Shown here one piece after another: positions 49,573 through 62,480 of a DNA stretch of 64,000 bases. Under the pieces are notes generated by a model, which was given only the letters and a program-made list of their open reading frames with translations, was not told the origin of the DNA and did no database searches. A program made the translations under genes and the position numbers. The number at the start of each line of letters is the position of its first letter. Within the stretch, counting starts at the first letter, position 1. This stretch comes from Isurus oxyrinchus (Eukaryota). Location of the stretch: contig JANJGN010000001.1 in assembly GCA_026770705.1 (NCBI GenBank), positions 182,900,001 to 182,964,000 on the forward strand. Direction: 5' to 3'.

Positions 49573-51826
49573 CTGATAGAATTTACCCTGCAATTTGAGA
49601 GGAAAGAGCTGGAATCAGATGTAACGGTATTACAGTTGAATAAAGGCAACTACAGAGGCATGAGGGAGAAGCTGGCCAGAATTGACTGGGAGATGAGCCT
49701 AGCAGGAAAGACAGTGGAACAGCAATGGCAGGAGGTTCTGGGAGTAATTTGGGAGACACAGCAAAAATTCATCCCTAGGAAGAAGAAGCATACTAAAGGG
49801 AGGATGAGGCAACCATGGCTGACAAGGGAAGTCAGGGACAGCATAAAAGCTAAAGAGAAAGCATACAATGCGACGAAGAGCAGTGGGAAACCAGGGGATT
49901 GGGAAGCCTACAAAGACCAACAGAGGACAACTAAAAAAGAAATAAGGAGGGAGAAGATTAAATATGAGGGTAAACTAGCCAATAATATAAAAGAAGATTG
50001 CAAGAGTTTTTTTTAGATATATAAAGTGTAAGAGAGAGGCAAAAGTGGCCACTGGCAAATGACGCTGGAGAAGTAGTAGTGGGGAACAAAGAAATGGCGG
50101 AGGAACTGAATAGGTACTTTGCATCAGTCTTCACAGTGGAAGACATGAGTGACATCCCCAAAGTTTAACAGAGTCGGAGGACAGAGGTGAGTATGGTGGC
50201 CATTACCAAGGAGAAGGTGCTAGGAAAACTGAAGGGTCTGAAGGTGGATAAATCACCTGGACCAGATGGATTACACCCCAGAGTTCTGAAGGAGATAGCT
50301 GAAGAGATAGTGGAGGCATTAGTGGTGATCTTTCAGGAATCACTGGAGTCAGGTAGGGTCCCAGAGGACTGGAAAATCGCTAATGTAACCCCCCTGTTTA
50401 AGAAGGGAGTGAGGCAAAAGACAGGAAATTACAGGCCGATTAGCCTGACCTCGGTCATTGGTAAGATTTTAGAGACCATTATTAAGGTTGAGATTTCAGA
50501 ATACTTGGAAATGCATGGTAAAATTGGGCAAAGTCAGCATGTTTTCATCAAGGGGAGGTCATGCCTGACAAATCTGTTAGAATTCTTTGAGGAGGTAACG
50601 AGTAGGTTAGACAAAGGAGAGCCAATGGATGTTACCTACTTGGACTTCCAGAAGGCCTTTGACAAGGTGCCGCACAGGAGGCTGTTCAGTAAGATAAGAG
50701 CCCATGGTGTTAGAGGCAAGGTACTAGCATGGATAGACATTTGGCTGTCTGGCAGGAAGCAGAGAGTGGGGATAAGGGGTCCTTCTCAGGATGGTGACCA
50801 GTGACTAGTGGAGTTCCGCAGGGGTCAGTGTTGGGACCACAACTTTTCACTTTATACATTAATGATCTAGATGAAGGAACTGAGGGCATCCTGGCTAAGT
50901 TTGCAGATGATACAAAGATAGGTGGAGGGACAGGTAGTATTGAGGAGGCAGGGAGGCTGAAGAAGGATTTGGACAGGTCAGGAGAATGGGCAAAGAAGCA
51001 GCAGATGGAATACAATGTGGGAAAGTGTGAGGTCATGCACTTTGGTGGGAAGAATAGAGGCATAGACTATTTTCTAAATGGGGACAGAATTCAGAAGCCT
51101 GGAGTGCAAAGGGACTTTGGAGTCCTAGTCCAGGATTCTCTTAAGGTTAACTTGCAGGTTGAGTCAGTACTGAGGAAGGCAAATGCAATGTTGGCAATTA
51201 TTTCAAGAGGACTAGAATATAAAAGCAGGGATGTGCTGCTGAGGCTTTATAAGGCTCTGGTCAGACCACATTTAGAATATTGTGATCAATTTTGGGCCCC
51301 GTATCTCAGGAAGGATGTGCTGGCCCTGGAGAGGGTCCAAAGGAGGTTCATGAGAATGATCCCAGGAATGAATGGCTTAACATATGAGGAACGTTTGAGG
51401 ATTCTGGGTCTATACTCGATGGAGTTTAGAAGGATGAGGGGGGAGCTGATTGAAACTTACAGAATACTGAAAGGCCTGGATAGAGCGGACGTGGGGAAAA
51501 TGTTTCTATTAGTAGGAGAGGCTAGGACCCGAGGGCACAGCCTCAGAGTAAAGGGAAGACGTTTTAGAACAGAGATGAGGAGATACTTCTTAAGCCAGCG
51601 AGTGGTGAATGTATGGAATTCATTGCCACAGAAGGCTGTGGAGGCCAGGTCATTGAGTGTATTTAAGAACGAGATAGATAAGTTCTTGATTGGCAAGGGA
51701 ATCAAAGGTTACGGGGAGAAGGCGGGAGAATTTGGTTGAGAAACTTATCAGCCATGATTGAATGGCGGAGCAGACTCGATGGGCCGAATGGCCTAATTTC
51801 TGCTCCTATGTCTTATGGCCTTATGG
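49573..51826 (+). mobile_element. Relatively young 5'-truncated CR1 nested in Gypsy pol
   Basis: ORFs 50187-50804 and 50801-51739 with full RT motifs (KSPGPDG, NYRPISLT, LDFQKAFD, FADD); 6-bp TSD ATCATT. Confidence 0.96.
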
Positions 51827-53713
51827 ATCATTTTCTTTCAAAGGACATTACTAAGTGCATCAGTGTTTGCAATTTGATTTCCAGGCCTGTGGATGAAAGT
51901 ATACTCAGACCCTGCCGGAATCAATGCTGATCTCTGTATTCTTGCTGAGGCTATGGGTGGTATAGCCTTGTCCTCGCTGAACAATCCTAGCAAAGGCTTG
52001 TGGTCCGAAACAATAGTAAAATGATGACTGTGTACATACAGGTGAAATTCCTTGACACCGAAGATGATTGATAAGCCTTCTTTTTCTATCTGTGAGTATT
52101 CCTTTTCCGCTGTGTTGAGCATTCTGGATATCTATCCAATAGGCCGTTCTGAGCCATCATCCATTTGATGGGAGAGCACTGCTCCCACTCCACAGAGGGA
52201 TGCATCACATGTCAAAAACTAACTCTTTTCTTTGTTCAAATGTTCTAAGAGTGGATGAGTGTAACAGTTGTTTCACCTTTGTGAAAGTTTCTTTCTGTCG
52301 GTATTTGCCAAGGCCAGTGTTAGTTTTTCTTGAGTAGATGATACAGGGGTGCCAGCTCTGTCAACAAATTAGGCAAGAAGCATCCATAGTATTGATCATC
52401 CCCAAGAATAATTTGAGCTCGGAGGCGTTCCTTGGCGCTGGTGGCTGTCACTTTTTCCTCAACCAAGTGGATGCCCTGTGTCCTAAATAAATTACCTCTT
52501 CCACTTGGAACGTGCACTTTTCCTTTTTTAAACACACTCCCACCTGTGAGAAAATTTCAAAACTTCTTCCAAGTTTGCCATATGCTCCTTTTCAGTGAGC
52601 CCTGTCACCAGAATGTTATCTAAATAAACTACAACATGGTGCAATTCCTGCAGCGATCTTTCCATTGTTCTCTGGAATATGGCACAAGCTGAGGATACAC
52701 CAAAAGACAAACGGCTATATTGATACAACCCTTTGTGTGTATTAATTGTGACAAACTTCTGGGAGGCCTTCTCTAACTCCAATTGTTGATATTAATGACT
52801 CATATCAAGCTTCGTGTAAGCAGTTCCACCTGCCAGCTTAGCACACAGGTGCCAATTTTTGGTATAGGGTGTCTGTCCAACTTAATCACTTTATTAACAG
52901 TCAATTTGTAGTCTTCACAAATACGAAGGCTTTAGTCGGGTTTAAGTACGAGGACTATTGGTGCTGCCCATTCTGAGAACTGCACAAGTTATATAACTCC
53001 CAGTTTCTCTAATCAGCCCAATTTGGCATCTACATTTTACAGCATTGCATAAGGTACTGGTCTTGCCTTCATAAACCAGGGGTAGCGCCTGGATCCACAT
53101 GAATTTTTGTTTGTAGCCCCTGGTCTTCCCAAGTTCATCTTGGAAAACTGAGGCATATTTTTGTAGTAGTTCAGGCAGCCCACTATCTCTCAGTTGGAAG
53201 ATCTCTGCCCAATCCAATTTAACTTCTTTCGGCCAGTTTTATCCAAGGAGGCTTGGCCCCTCCCCTGCTACCACCATCAAGGGTAATTTTACTGATTGAC
53301 TTCTGTTCTGTACAGTAACCCTGCTTATGCCTTTGATTTTGATGTCTTGTACTATGTAAGTTTTCAATTTGGCATCTGTTTCTTCCAACTTTAATTTACA
53401 TTCTCCATAAGGCAGGTATTTGACGGTATGGTCACCTATTACCATATGGAAGCACCTGTGTCCATCTCCATTCTGTTAGGTCTATTATTCACCCTCACTG
53501 TTACATAGATTGATTCTATTCTTCCTACTTTTAAATTATGCAATGAATAAATATCTGAATCTGTTACTTCAGGCTCTTTTACATTATGGATCCCACAGGG
53601 TTTTAGCTTTTGATTGAAAGTCTGATTGATTCTATCCTTGCAATGTCTCGTCAGATGTCTGTTTTGATGACAGTAAAAACATTCAATTTTTTAAACTTCC
53701 ATTCATTACAAGG

Positions 53714-53852
53714 TGATAAAAACAAAAAACAGCGGATGCTGGAAATCCAAAACAAAAACAGAATTATCTGGAAAAACTCAGCAGGTCTGGCAGCATTGGC
53801 GGAGACGAAAAGAGTTGACATTTTGAGTACTCATGACCCTTCCACAGAACTG
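53714..53852 (-). mobile_element. PLE pLTR fragment, subfamily A, in Gypsy gag
   Basis: Matches the other PLE ends; 6-bp TSD ACAAGG. Confidence 0.9.
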
Positions 53853-54665
53853 ACAAGGCTATCTGCTTCCACCTCTGTTACCATTATTCCATGTTTTCAT
53901 TGTTAAGTCATTTATTTTTATTTGGCTGCAAACAGTGGCTGCTTCCCGCTTTTCGTCAGAGCTGTGCACTTTCGCGCCTTTTTTGGTTGGGGCTCCCCCT
54001 CCAACATGGAGGACGGTGCAATTTTGCACTCCCTGTGTGGCTTTCAAGTCCCTCATTGTGCTTTCCATGGCCAGTGCAATTTCTAGCACCTTCTGAAAAT
54101 CCAATTTGTTTCAGACAGAAATCTCTTCTGAATCGTATCTTCATTTATACCGCACACCAAACAATCTCTGAGCATATCATTTATGAATGTACCAAGCTTG
54201 CAATATCCTGTTAACTGTTTCAGACTTGTCCAATAACAAACAACTGTCTCCCCGGGGCTCTATTTCTTGAGTTAAATTTGAACCGTTGCATCGTTATCAA
54301 GGGCCTGGGCTGGTAATGACTTTTCACAAGGTTCACTAAGTCATCAAAACTTTTTGAATCGAGGGCACTGGGTCCGTCAAACTTTGAATCAATTCATAGG
54401 TCTTACTCCCACATGTGGATAAGAGGATCGCTCACCTCTTCTCCTCCCCTGCAATGTCGTTAGCTTGGAAAAAGAACATGAGGCGTTCAACATAATGTGA
54501 CCACTCATCCACGGTTGGGTCAAAAGAAACAACTCTTCCAAGCTTTGGGATGTTTCGAGGGGACTGCATTGATGATTAGGACAGAAATTCTACTTAGAAT
54601 TACTATGCAAGGTACCACCTGATTTCGGTTCACTTGATTTCCTTCCTCGCATTTTCTTCATCCTC

Positions 54666-54992
54666 CTTTGCTTCATTTCTTCATGGGATATGGGCATCAT
54701 TGGCTAAGCCAGCATTTATTGCCCTTGTTCAGGGGGCATTTTTTTTTAAAGAGTCACATGTAGGCTAGTCCAGCAGATCTCCTTCCTTCCCTAAAGGGCA
54801 TTAGTGAACCAGATGGGTTTTTGCAACAATCAGCAATGGTTTCATGGTCATTAGACTTTTAATTCTAGATTTTTATTGAATTCAAACTTTACCATCTGCT
54901 GTGGTGGGATTTGAACCCTGGTCTCCTAGAGCATTACCCTGGGATTTCTGGAGTATTAGTCTAGTCACAATGCCACTATGCCACTGCCTCCC
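54666..54992 (-). mobile_element. tRNA-derived SINE
   Basis: Minus strand A-box-like tggcatagtgg and B-box ggttcaaatcc; 3' tail matches the LINE tails at 30500 and 55930. Confidence 0.85.
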
Positions 54993-55229
54993 CAGTAGTG
55001 GGTAATCTAGACTCAGAGTCTGTAATGTAAAGACAAGGTTTGAGTTATAAGCACACAAGTGTAGCTTCTAAGTTCCTTTGCAAATAAATAGAATGAGTTC
55101 TACATAAGAACTGTCTGCTGATCTACTCTGTCTATGGTACCAAATCAGCCATCCCGAAACAAGCATGCAACACGGATGCATTAGTCCAACTAAACTAGTG
55201 ATCAGGATCCAACAAACTGGCGATGAGGA
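54993..55229 (+). mobile_element. Partial 5' LTR plus primer-binding site of the Gypsy, in inverted orientation
   Basis: 55005-55214 is the reverse complement of 47747-47960; followed by PBS-like TGGCGATGAGGA (55218-55229). Confidence 0.88.
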
Positions 55230-55264
55230 AAAGGCAAGAAAAAGCAAAGAAGGATAAAAAAAAG

Positions 55265-55985
55265 CAAGAATTTAACCATCTTTCCTTGACACTCAATGGC
55301 ATCATCATTGCCGAATCCCCTACCATCAACATTCTGGCGTTACCATCAATCAGAAACTGAACTGGACTAACCATATCAATACTGTGGCTACAAGAGCAGT
55401 CCAGAGGTTGGAGAATAACTCTCTTCTTGACACCCCAGAGGAGTCCACCATCTACAAGGCACAAGTCAGGAGTGTGATGGAATACTCCCCACTTGCCTGG
55501 ATAAGTGCAGTTCCAACAACACACAAAAAGCTTGACACCATCCTGAACAAAGCAGCCTGCTTGATTGGCACTCCATCCACAAACATTCACTCGCTCCACC
55601 ACCGACACAAAGTAGCAGCAGTGTGTACCATCTACAAGATGCACTGCAGCAACTCACCAAGGCTCCTTCGACAGCACTTTCCAAACCAAAGGTCTTTACC
55701 ACTTAGAAGGACAAGGGCAGCAGATAAATGGGAACACCACCTGCAAGTTGCCCTTCAAGTTGCACACCATCCTGACTTGGAAATATATTGCTGTCCCATC
55801 ACTGTCAGTGGGTCAAAATCCTGGAACTCCATTCCTAACAACACTGTGGGTTTACCTACACCACATGGACTGCAGTAGTTTCAATAAGGCAGCTCACCAC
55901 CACCTTCTCAAGGACAATTAGGGATAGGCAATAAATGCTGGCCTAGCCAACGATGCCTACATCCCATGAAGGAATATAAAAAAAA
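55265..55985 (+). mobile_element. CR1/L2-group LINE 3' fragment (same family as 28225-30558)
   Basis: IYKAQVRSVMEYSPLAW...LHHRHKVAAVCTIYKMH; same 3' tail. Confidence 0.9.
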
Positions 55986-56273
55986 CACCATTGATCCTTG
56001 GATAGTTGGCATGATCCATTCTCAATACCTTCAACACACATATTTCTGGTGCTCTCCTATGCTTGAGATATACTTAATAAACCAGAAAAAACAAAAGACC
56101 CATCCAATTCCATACATGGCAAGATTGGTGTCCAGACGCAGGCCTTGGCCTTCCTTATCTACATGCTAGTCTCAGTGCATGATTTGTCTGTTCTTGTTTT
56201 CTGTTTCTTCCATTGATTATGCAATCCATGGACCTTGAAGACAACAAAAAAACCTAACTATAATTAAGACCTA

Positions 56274-56982
56274 GTGCAGAATTTTCCCCCCGTTGGGGGG
56301 AGGAAGTTCAGGAGTGGGTGCATGGAAGCGCGCCTCTGATCAGCACCCCCAAGTGGGGGCGTGCCGCCATTTTATGTGGGTGGGCCAATTAAGGCCCACC
56401 CAACGTGACGTCCACCAGGAAGCGCTATGCGCTCTCTGTGCGGGCAGGGGGATTCCTTAAGCCAAGAGTGCACTCTTTCACACATGCGCACAAAAGGGCA
56501 CACTCATCCCCCTGATGCTAAGTGCTGCCTCAGGGAGGTAGGCGCCAAATTCAAAAATGTTAAAAACAGAAAAATAAAATTTCCCTGACATGTGCCCTCA
56601 TGTGACACTGTCACATGAGTTGGGACATGTCCTTCACTTTTAGTTGAACTTTTATTAAATTTTTCAAAATCTACATGAAATCTCATCCCACCCGTGGATG
56701 CATGATGGCTTCATGCTTTCTCTGAAGCCCGCCAGGGCTCCCGGTCTATCCGCCAACATTCAGGTTGGACAGGCAGGTCCTTTAGTGCAATTACTTTGTC
56801 AATGGCCTCATTTGGCCAATGATAGGTCGGCGGGCGCACAGCTGATTCAGCTGAGCCCCCACCAACCTGAAAATTGAAATGACGTGTGGTGATGTCAGGA
56901 GTTCCGCCTGACGTCTCCCGCATCATTTTACATGTTGGCGAGTGGACCCCGCCCCCTGCTCACCGACCGGGAAATCCTGCCC
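56274..56982 (+). mobile_element. Harbinger-type MITE (~710 bp)
   Basis: Homologous to 34541-35181; TIR gtgcagaatttt / aaatcctgccc; flanks CTA/TTA. Confidence 0.85.
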
Positions 56983-58370
56983 TTAATTTCAGGATTTACT
57001 ATAACCTAATTCTAACAGAAGCAAGATAAAACTATTGTAATAAAACTATAGACTAGCAAACTTAATACAAAAAACTGCAATCTAACAAAGCTTAAAACGA
57101 AAAAATAGTACATAGGTCATATTTGATTATATTTCAATGAATTACCAAAATTCTCAGTACGTTCCTGCATCCAAGTAAGAGAGATGAGATACCATGCAGT
57201 AGACAGCTTCAAGTCTCAAATTATTTTTCCCTTTTAGCAATAATAGTTAGATTTTGCAATAAAAAGAATACTTGTGATCATACACCATCCTATACCTGCC
57301 AAATTCAAACAATCCAAAAACGGTGTATTTTACGAAACAGAAGTGCTAGCAAAAAGCTTTGAGTCAATTGACTCTTGCAATACTTAATCCATCCAAAAAC
57401 CCTCATTAACCTAGATTTTTACAAAGTCAAAGTGAGAATAATGAATTTAAAGTCAAATTAGGAACTGAAATTAAAATAGAGGCAAAGAAAGATTGGATTA
57501 AGCAAGAGAGAGAAAAAGCAATGAAAATAATAAAATGCTGTCATCATTACTTTGTGAATCCTGGGCTCTTAAGGACTTCTCCTTCCAATTAAAATGATGA
57601 TTTACAGCTTTGTATTGCTTATGTAGATAGAATTTGTTTAAAAAATCATTATGAATTGATTAAAACGGTCCTGATGATAACACTTAATTCAGTCAGATTG
57701 AGATCCTAATATTAATGTTTTTGAAAATATAAGGATGTACTTTCCAGTTCTAGTGCTGAAGTGACAAGTTTGGAGTGTAGCCTACTGGAATCAAACACAT
57801 TCAACATTGCAGCAATTTTCTGAGTTTGTCCAAATAAAATATTCAGAGGAAGTGCTAGCTGGCTTGGGCCCTTGCTGTCATTCGAAGTTGGAACACTGCA
57901 GCTTTAAAGGCTGTAACTGATTTTTCTTGCAGTCAAATGAAGAATCACCTGAGGGATGGTTAGTGGACATTACAGAGCAACTTCAGTAAGTGTGGAAAAG
58001 AAAGTTGCCCTAATTGGATCTCCAGAACACCCTCCTCACAGGGGAAGTAGGTGGTGCAGAGTTGAAAGTTATGCATAGCATCAAAAGGACAAGGGAGTAG
58101 ATAACAAGAAGACTTGACTATTCTTTCCCTAAATAAATGGATGGGAAATGTATGTAGGCTACAATGTGTTTCTTTTCATGTTATGTTATCCCAAGATTGC
58201 AATTTCATGCTAAACTTTCAGAAAACAAATGATTTTCATTCCAATGTTTACATAATGCAGCAGACTAGACCACCAAGAACAAGCCTGAAAGAGACCAGCC
58301 ATTCTCTGATTCACTATTGATGATACATCTGGGCATTTGCAGAGGTTACATCAGGCAAATCAAAGACCAT

Positions 58371-58498
58371 GGCCAGGATTTTACGGCCCCACTGCAGCAT
58401 GTCTCCCCCTGGAAGATGGAGCGAGCCATTTAAATCTCCATTCAACTTGGCGGGACCATAATATCCCGCCGTGCAGGAGGGGCCATAAAATCCTGGCC
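58371..58498. mobile_element. 128-bp Harbinger-type MITE
   Basis: 20-bp TIR ggccaggatttta(c/t)ggcccc; 3-bp TSD CAT. Confidence 0.88.
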
Positions 58499-58564
58499 CA
58501 TGAGTAGCACAGCCAGAAGCTTGACATTTTTTTAAACTTAATTTTGAAATGCGAGAAATACATC

Positions 58565-59140
58565 CAGGGGAAATGGTGGCACATTAGTAATGTTTACTGG
58601 ACTAATAATCTAGAGGCATAGGTCAATGCGCTGGGGGCAGACGTTCAAATCCCACTGCTGCAGCTGGTGGAATTTAAATTTAATTAGTAAAATCTCTGTA
58701 ATGGTGAACATGGATTGCCATAAAAAGCCATCTGGCCCACTAAGGGCCCTTTAGGGAAGAAAATCAGCTGTCCTTACCAGGCCTGACCCACAGCAACGTG
58801 GTTGACTCTTAACTGCCCTCTAAAATGGCCTAGCCACAAATGCTGACTTTGACAAAGATGCCCACATGCCATGAAAGAATTTTTTAAAATGGTATTTAGT
58901 TGCCCTGAGTCAATCACATAGCGTGGGACTGGAGTCAGGTGTCGGCCATTCCAGGTAGAGGTGGTAGGTTCCCTTTCCTAAACACAGTGAAACACCGAGG
59001 CTTTTACAACAATCAGTCATGAACTTTTTCTGGTGCTGGTCTACAAATTATCGAGTATATTAAATTCAATTGGTAGCATTTGAGCTCATGACCTCTAGGT
59101 TGCTAGTTGAAGATCAGCACCAGTAGACTAATGTACCAGC
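58565..59140. mobile_element. Two tRNA-derived SINE remnants of the 54666 family, tail-to-tail (+ 58565-58890, - 58890-59140)
   Basis: gttcaaatcccact B-box, catctggcccactaagggccctttagggaag core, gatgcccacatgccatgaaagaat tail. Confidence 0.7.
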
Positions 59141-59826
59141 TGGTGTCTTTCCTCAACTACAAAGTCCTGGAATTCAGACCCCACACAGCCTACATTTAAA
59201 ATTATGTCATCTGAGCTCCAACATCTTTTGTTGGCATTACAGAGTGTGTCAAGCAAACTGCAAGATTTGGTGGTGACTGTGAAGGAGCCCATTTATGTGT
59301 GCTTGCTTATCTGAAATACTGTTTGTCATTGGTAATATGGCAATTTGAGGGGGATCTGTAACAGGCCCTTTGCAATGTGGTAAAATCACTCATGCATGCT
59401 CAAGTTATTGTTATGAAGGCCATATGCATCATTATCCCAGAAGCTATTCCATGAGCTTTTAACGTCCTGAGGGATTGAATGGAAAGCTCTTTTTCATGGG
59501 ACATAATTGCCTCCTTGATGGCTGGAAGCCAGCTGGAGATAAATGTATTGAAAATGGGCAGAATGTGGATTTGCTTTGATTCCACACCCTGGAAGGTTGG
59601 CTGGGAAATTCCAGTGAGGCTAAAGTTTGAATCTTCTATCTACCCTTCCCACATCAATGAAAATGTTGCCCACTGCACAATCTGATAGATCCACAAGAAC
59701 ATAAGAAAAAGGAACAGAACATTCAGCCCTTTAGCCTGCTTTGTCATTCAAAAAAGATCATGGCTGATTTTCTACCTCAACTGGTAAAAGGCAAGAATAG
59801 GAGCACCATGGCATGAAAAAGACAAG

Positions 59827-59934
59827 GGGCGGAATTTTAAATTGGTGGGTCCCACTGAAGTTAATGGAGTTTTAAACGGTTTGCCGCATTTTACAGCCCT
59901 GCCCCCACTGCAATCGGGCCATAAAATTCTACCC
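59827..59934. mobile_element. 108-bp Harbinger-type MITE
   Basis: TIR gggcggaatttta / taaaattctaccc; TSD AAG. Confidence 0.75.
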
Positions 59935-60389
59935 AAGGAAAGATGTGAAGCAGTGTAAAAGGCAAGGCTGGAGTGAAGCCAAGCAGTGCAAAAGACAAGG
60001 CAGAGAGCAAAGCGGTGTAAAGGGTGAACCCGAGAATGGAACAGAGCAGGTGAATGGTGAGGCCAGGAGTGGAGCAGTGCAAATGGCGAGGCTAAGGGCA
60101 ACTGCCTCTATGCTTTTGTAGTGAACGGGGCAATAAAAATCACAAAGTGGCATCACAGCTCAAAGGGTCATGCAGGGTGAGTATACTGATGAACCTTTAA
60201 TTTCAATTTAATTTAATTTAAATTAATCAGCTGTAAGGGTAAGACTTGATTAATTACTTAATATGACAACTAAAGCTAATTTGATAATTTATCACATAAC
60301 TACAATTAATGTTCAATCATATCTAAGGGATAAAGTTAAAATTAAATAACACAAGATAGCATCACCAAAGAGTTTGAATATGCTAAAAA

Positions 60390-61300
60390 GAGAAGCATGT
60401 TGCTGAACCTTCTCTGTCTTGCACTCATCAGTACAAATGCAAGAATGATAAATTATAAACAATCACAGCAATTTATACCACAGAAGGAAAGGATGCTGAT
60501 TGGTCGGCTAGTCAGTTCTGATTAACTGAGGCATTGCCATGAAGAAAGCGAAGGGTAACTATAGGCTCGCTAAGCTCCTTAGTAATTCAAAAAAGGTGCT
60601 AGGCTTGAATTTATTCCTTATGTTTGCAGAGAACAGGTCCCTGTGTATGAATATATGTCACTTCTAGCGAGGGAAAATGAACCATGTTATGTGCTCGATT
60701 GATATTCTTAAATTGGCTGTTTGTGTAGCTATCAGCGCACTCAGGGTTGCTCAGCAAGTGCCACCCAGTCACAGAATCACATCTAACAGTAGAAGTTTTG
60801 TTTTGGGTTTTATGAGTGTAGGCTGGCTGAGCATGGGTTGTACCCTGCCTAATAACAATAATCAAAGGAACATGCTGTTTGATTCGATCTGCCAAACACT
60901 AGGACATACATCCTACATACCTGGTATCACACCAGCACTAAAATTCAAATACAATGTTGCGCAATTGTGTGGTAGGCAAAACAGAGTGACAGCAGCATCC
61001 TGTTAATAGAAAATTCTACTCAAAGAACCACAGCATAGTAGCAGCATGAAATGATTTGCTTAATCTGCTGTTCAAATATTTGAGACTCTTTGCCTTTCCA
61101 GAGCAGTTTGAGATAGATCAGGCACTTTTCAGATCCGAAGTTGATGGCCTTTGGCCTGTTTGCAAATTTACACAATACACATTGGCTGATCAGGATAGCC
61201 ATTGTCCTGCAGGATAGCTTTGATGTACTCTATTTCTGCATCAAGCTTGCGAGGTGAGAAATGGCTAGGGCCCATTTGCAAGATTGCTGATAAAGCCAAT
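60390..61300 (-). mobile_element. Old Penelope-like fragment of a different lineage (endonuclease C-terminus)
   Basis: ADRIKQHVP...CDSVTGWHLLSNPEC...LEVTYIHTQGPVLCKHKE. Confidence 0.7.
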
Positions 61301-61539
61301 CTTACAGTGCATTGAGCTACACGAATCTCATCATGTATATTGACCAATGAAGGCTGGCTTCAGGAAGACAGTAGTGAAGAACCGATTAGCGGATTTCCCA
61401 ATTAGCACGTCGAGAAAAGTGTTTGCATTAGACTACGAGTACTACTGTGAGTTTATTTAAGATAAGACTATAAGTGGATAATGTTCATTGGAAGACCGTG
61501 AAACAAACTTCTTATACCTCAACCACTGCTTCTGTAAAC

Positions 61540-62065
61540 TAGTGATGGGACAAAAACATCGCATCCTGTTGAGATAAGTAATGATTGACAGCAGTTTAAG
61601 ATACCTCCTCTTAAAGGTGCATGCACTTCATATCACAACATGAGCAACTAGCACGGCAGCGTCAACATGGAGGATTTCTCTGATTAAAAGATGTTGTATT
61701 TTTAGCTTTACTTTTAGAATGGACAGATTGTAGATCTTGCCATCTGACCTAGTATGCAGGTAAGGCATATCTCATGTAAGGCAAAAGCCAGGAGCATAGG
61801 AAATTAAATACCAAACTAAGTGGACACAGCCATAATTCACTCCATTCTTCACTCTGAAATTGTTGGAAGCGGTGCCATTAAACTGTACAATACAGTGCAT
61901 GTTATCTTGAAAGAAGCAGATGAGACTAAGGAACTTTGGCAGACAGCCAAGTTTCTCCAAAATTTTGCAGAGTCCTGCCCTGCCGATGCTGTTGAATCCT
62001 TTAGTGAGATTTACAAAAGCAAGGTAAAGAGGTACATCCTGTTCCTTACACTTCTCTTGTAACTG
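61540..62065 (-). mobile_element. RTE-clade LINE RT fragment
   Basis: FVNLTKGFNSI...LEKLGCLPKFLSLI...FRVKNGVNYGCV. Confidence 0.8.
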
Positions 62066-62199
62066 AAGAAGTATGGAGACAGTCTGGAATACTTAATTCT
62101 CATTCACCCTGCAGACTTTGCTTTCACCCACATAGGCAGGAAAAAAGCTTGTATCTGTTGGATAAGGACAAGGGCTGGGTTCTCCTTATTTGTCTGTTT

Positions 62200-62480
62200 T
62201 GCAGTCACATTCTTTTGTCACTGACCACTAGCCAGATTTGTACCACTACCACCCTAACAGGTGGGAGGGTGTGGCTGTCTCCTGAATCAAAGAGTCCAAG
62301 TATCTCCTCCTGCTGATGCTCCACAATGTTTGCACCTCAGTTTGCAGCACAAAACTCTGAGCTGAAGTTCTATGAGTTGCAGACACTTACTGCAGATATG
62401 GTTGCACAGGATTGCAATGCTCTCCACAAACTTCCACGTGCTGCAGTTGTGGCACACCATTTACACTGCCTTCCTTAAAT
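62200..62480 (-). mobile_element. CR1 ORF1 N-terminal fragment
   Basis: CHNCSTW...HICSKCLQL zinc finger/coiled-coil start; parallels 47500-47700. Confidence 0.6.

Larger units (their letters stand above)
47747..54665 (-). mobile_element. Decayed canonical Ty3/Gypsy element (gag-PR-RT-RNaseH-IN)
   Basis: gag LEIALAMES; PR MEMDTGAS (~53460); RT INTHKGLYQYSRLSFGVSSA, VYLDNIL; RH YSQIEKEGL, SDHKPL; IN LHSAHPGISRMK, AERVVQIFK. Confidence 0.93.

Noticed and set aside
54860-54992. tRNA gene
   Set aside because: A/B boxes belong to a SINE head; no cloverleaf
47747-55214. DIRS-like or other novel TIR retroelement
   Set aside because: Has a DDE integrase, PPT and a split PBS; a local inversion is the simpler explanation
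57361-57374. 14-bp palindrome GAGTCAATTGACTC
   Set aside because: Isolated and compatible with chance in 64 kb
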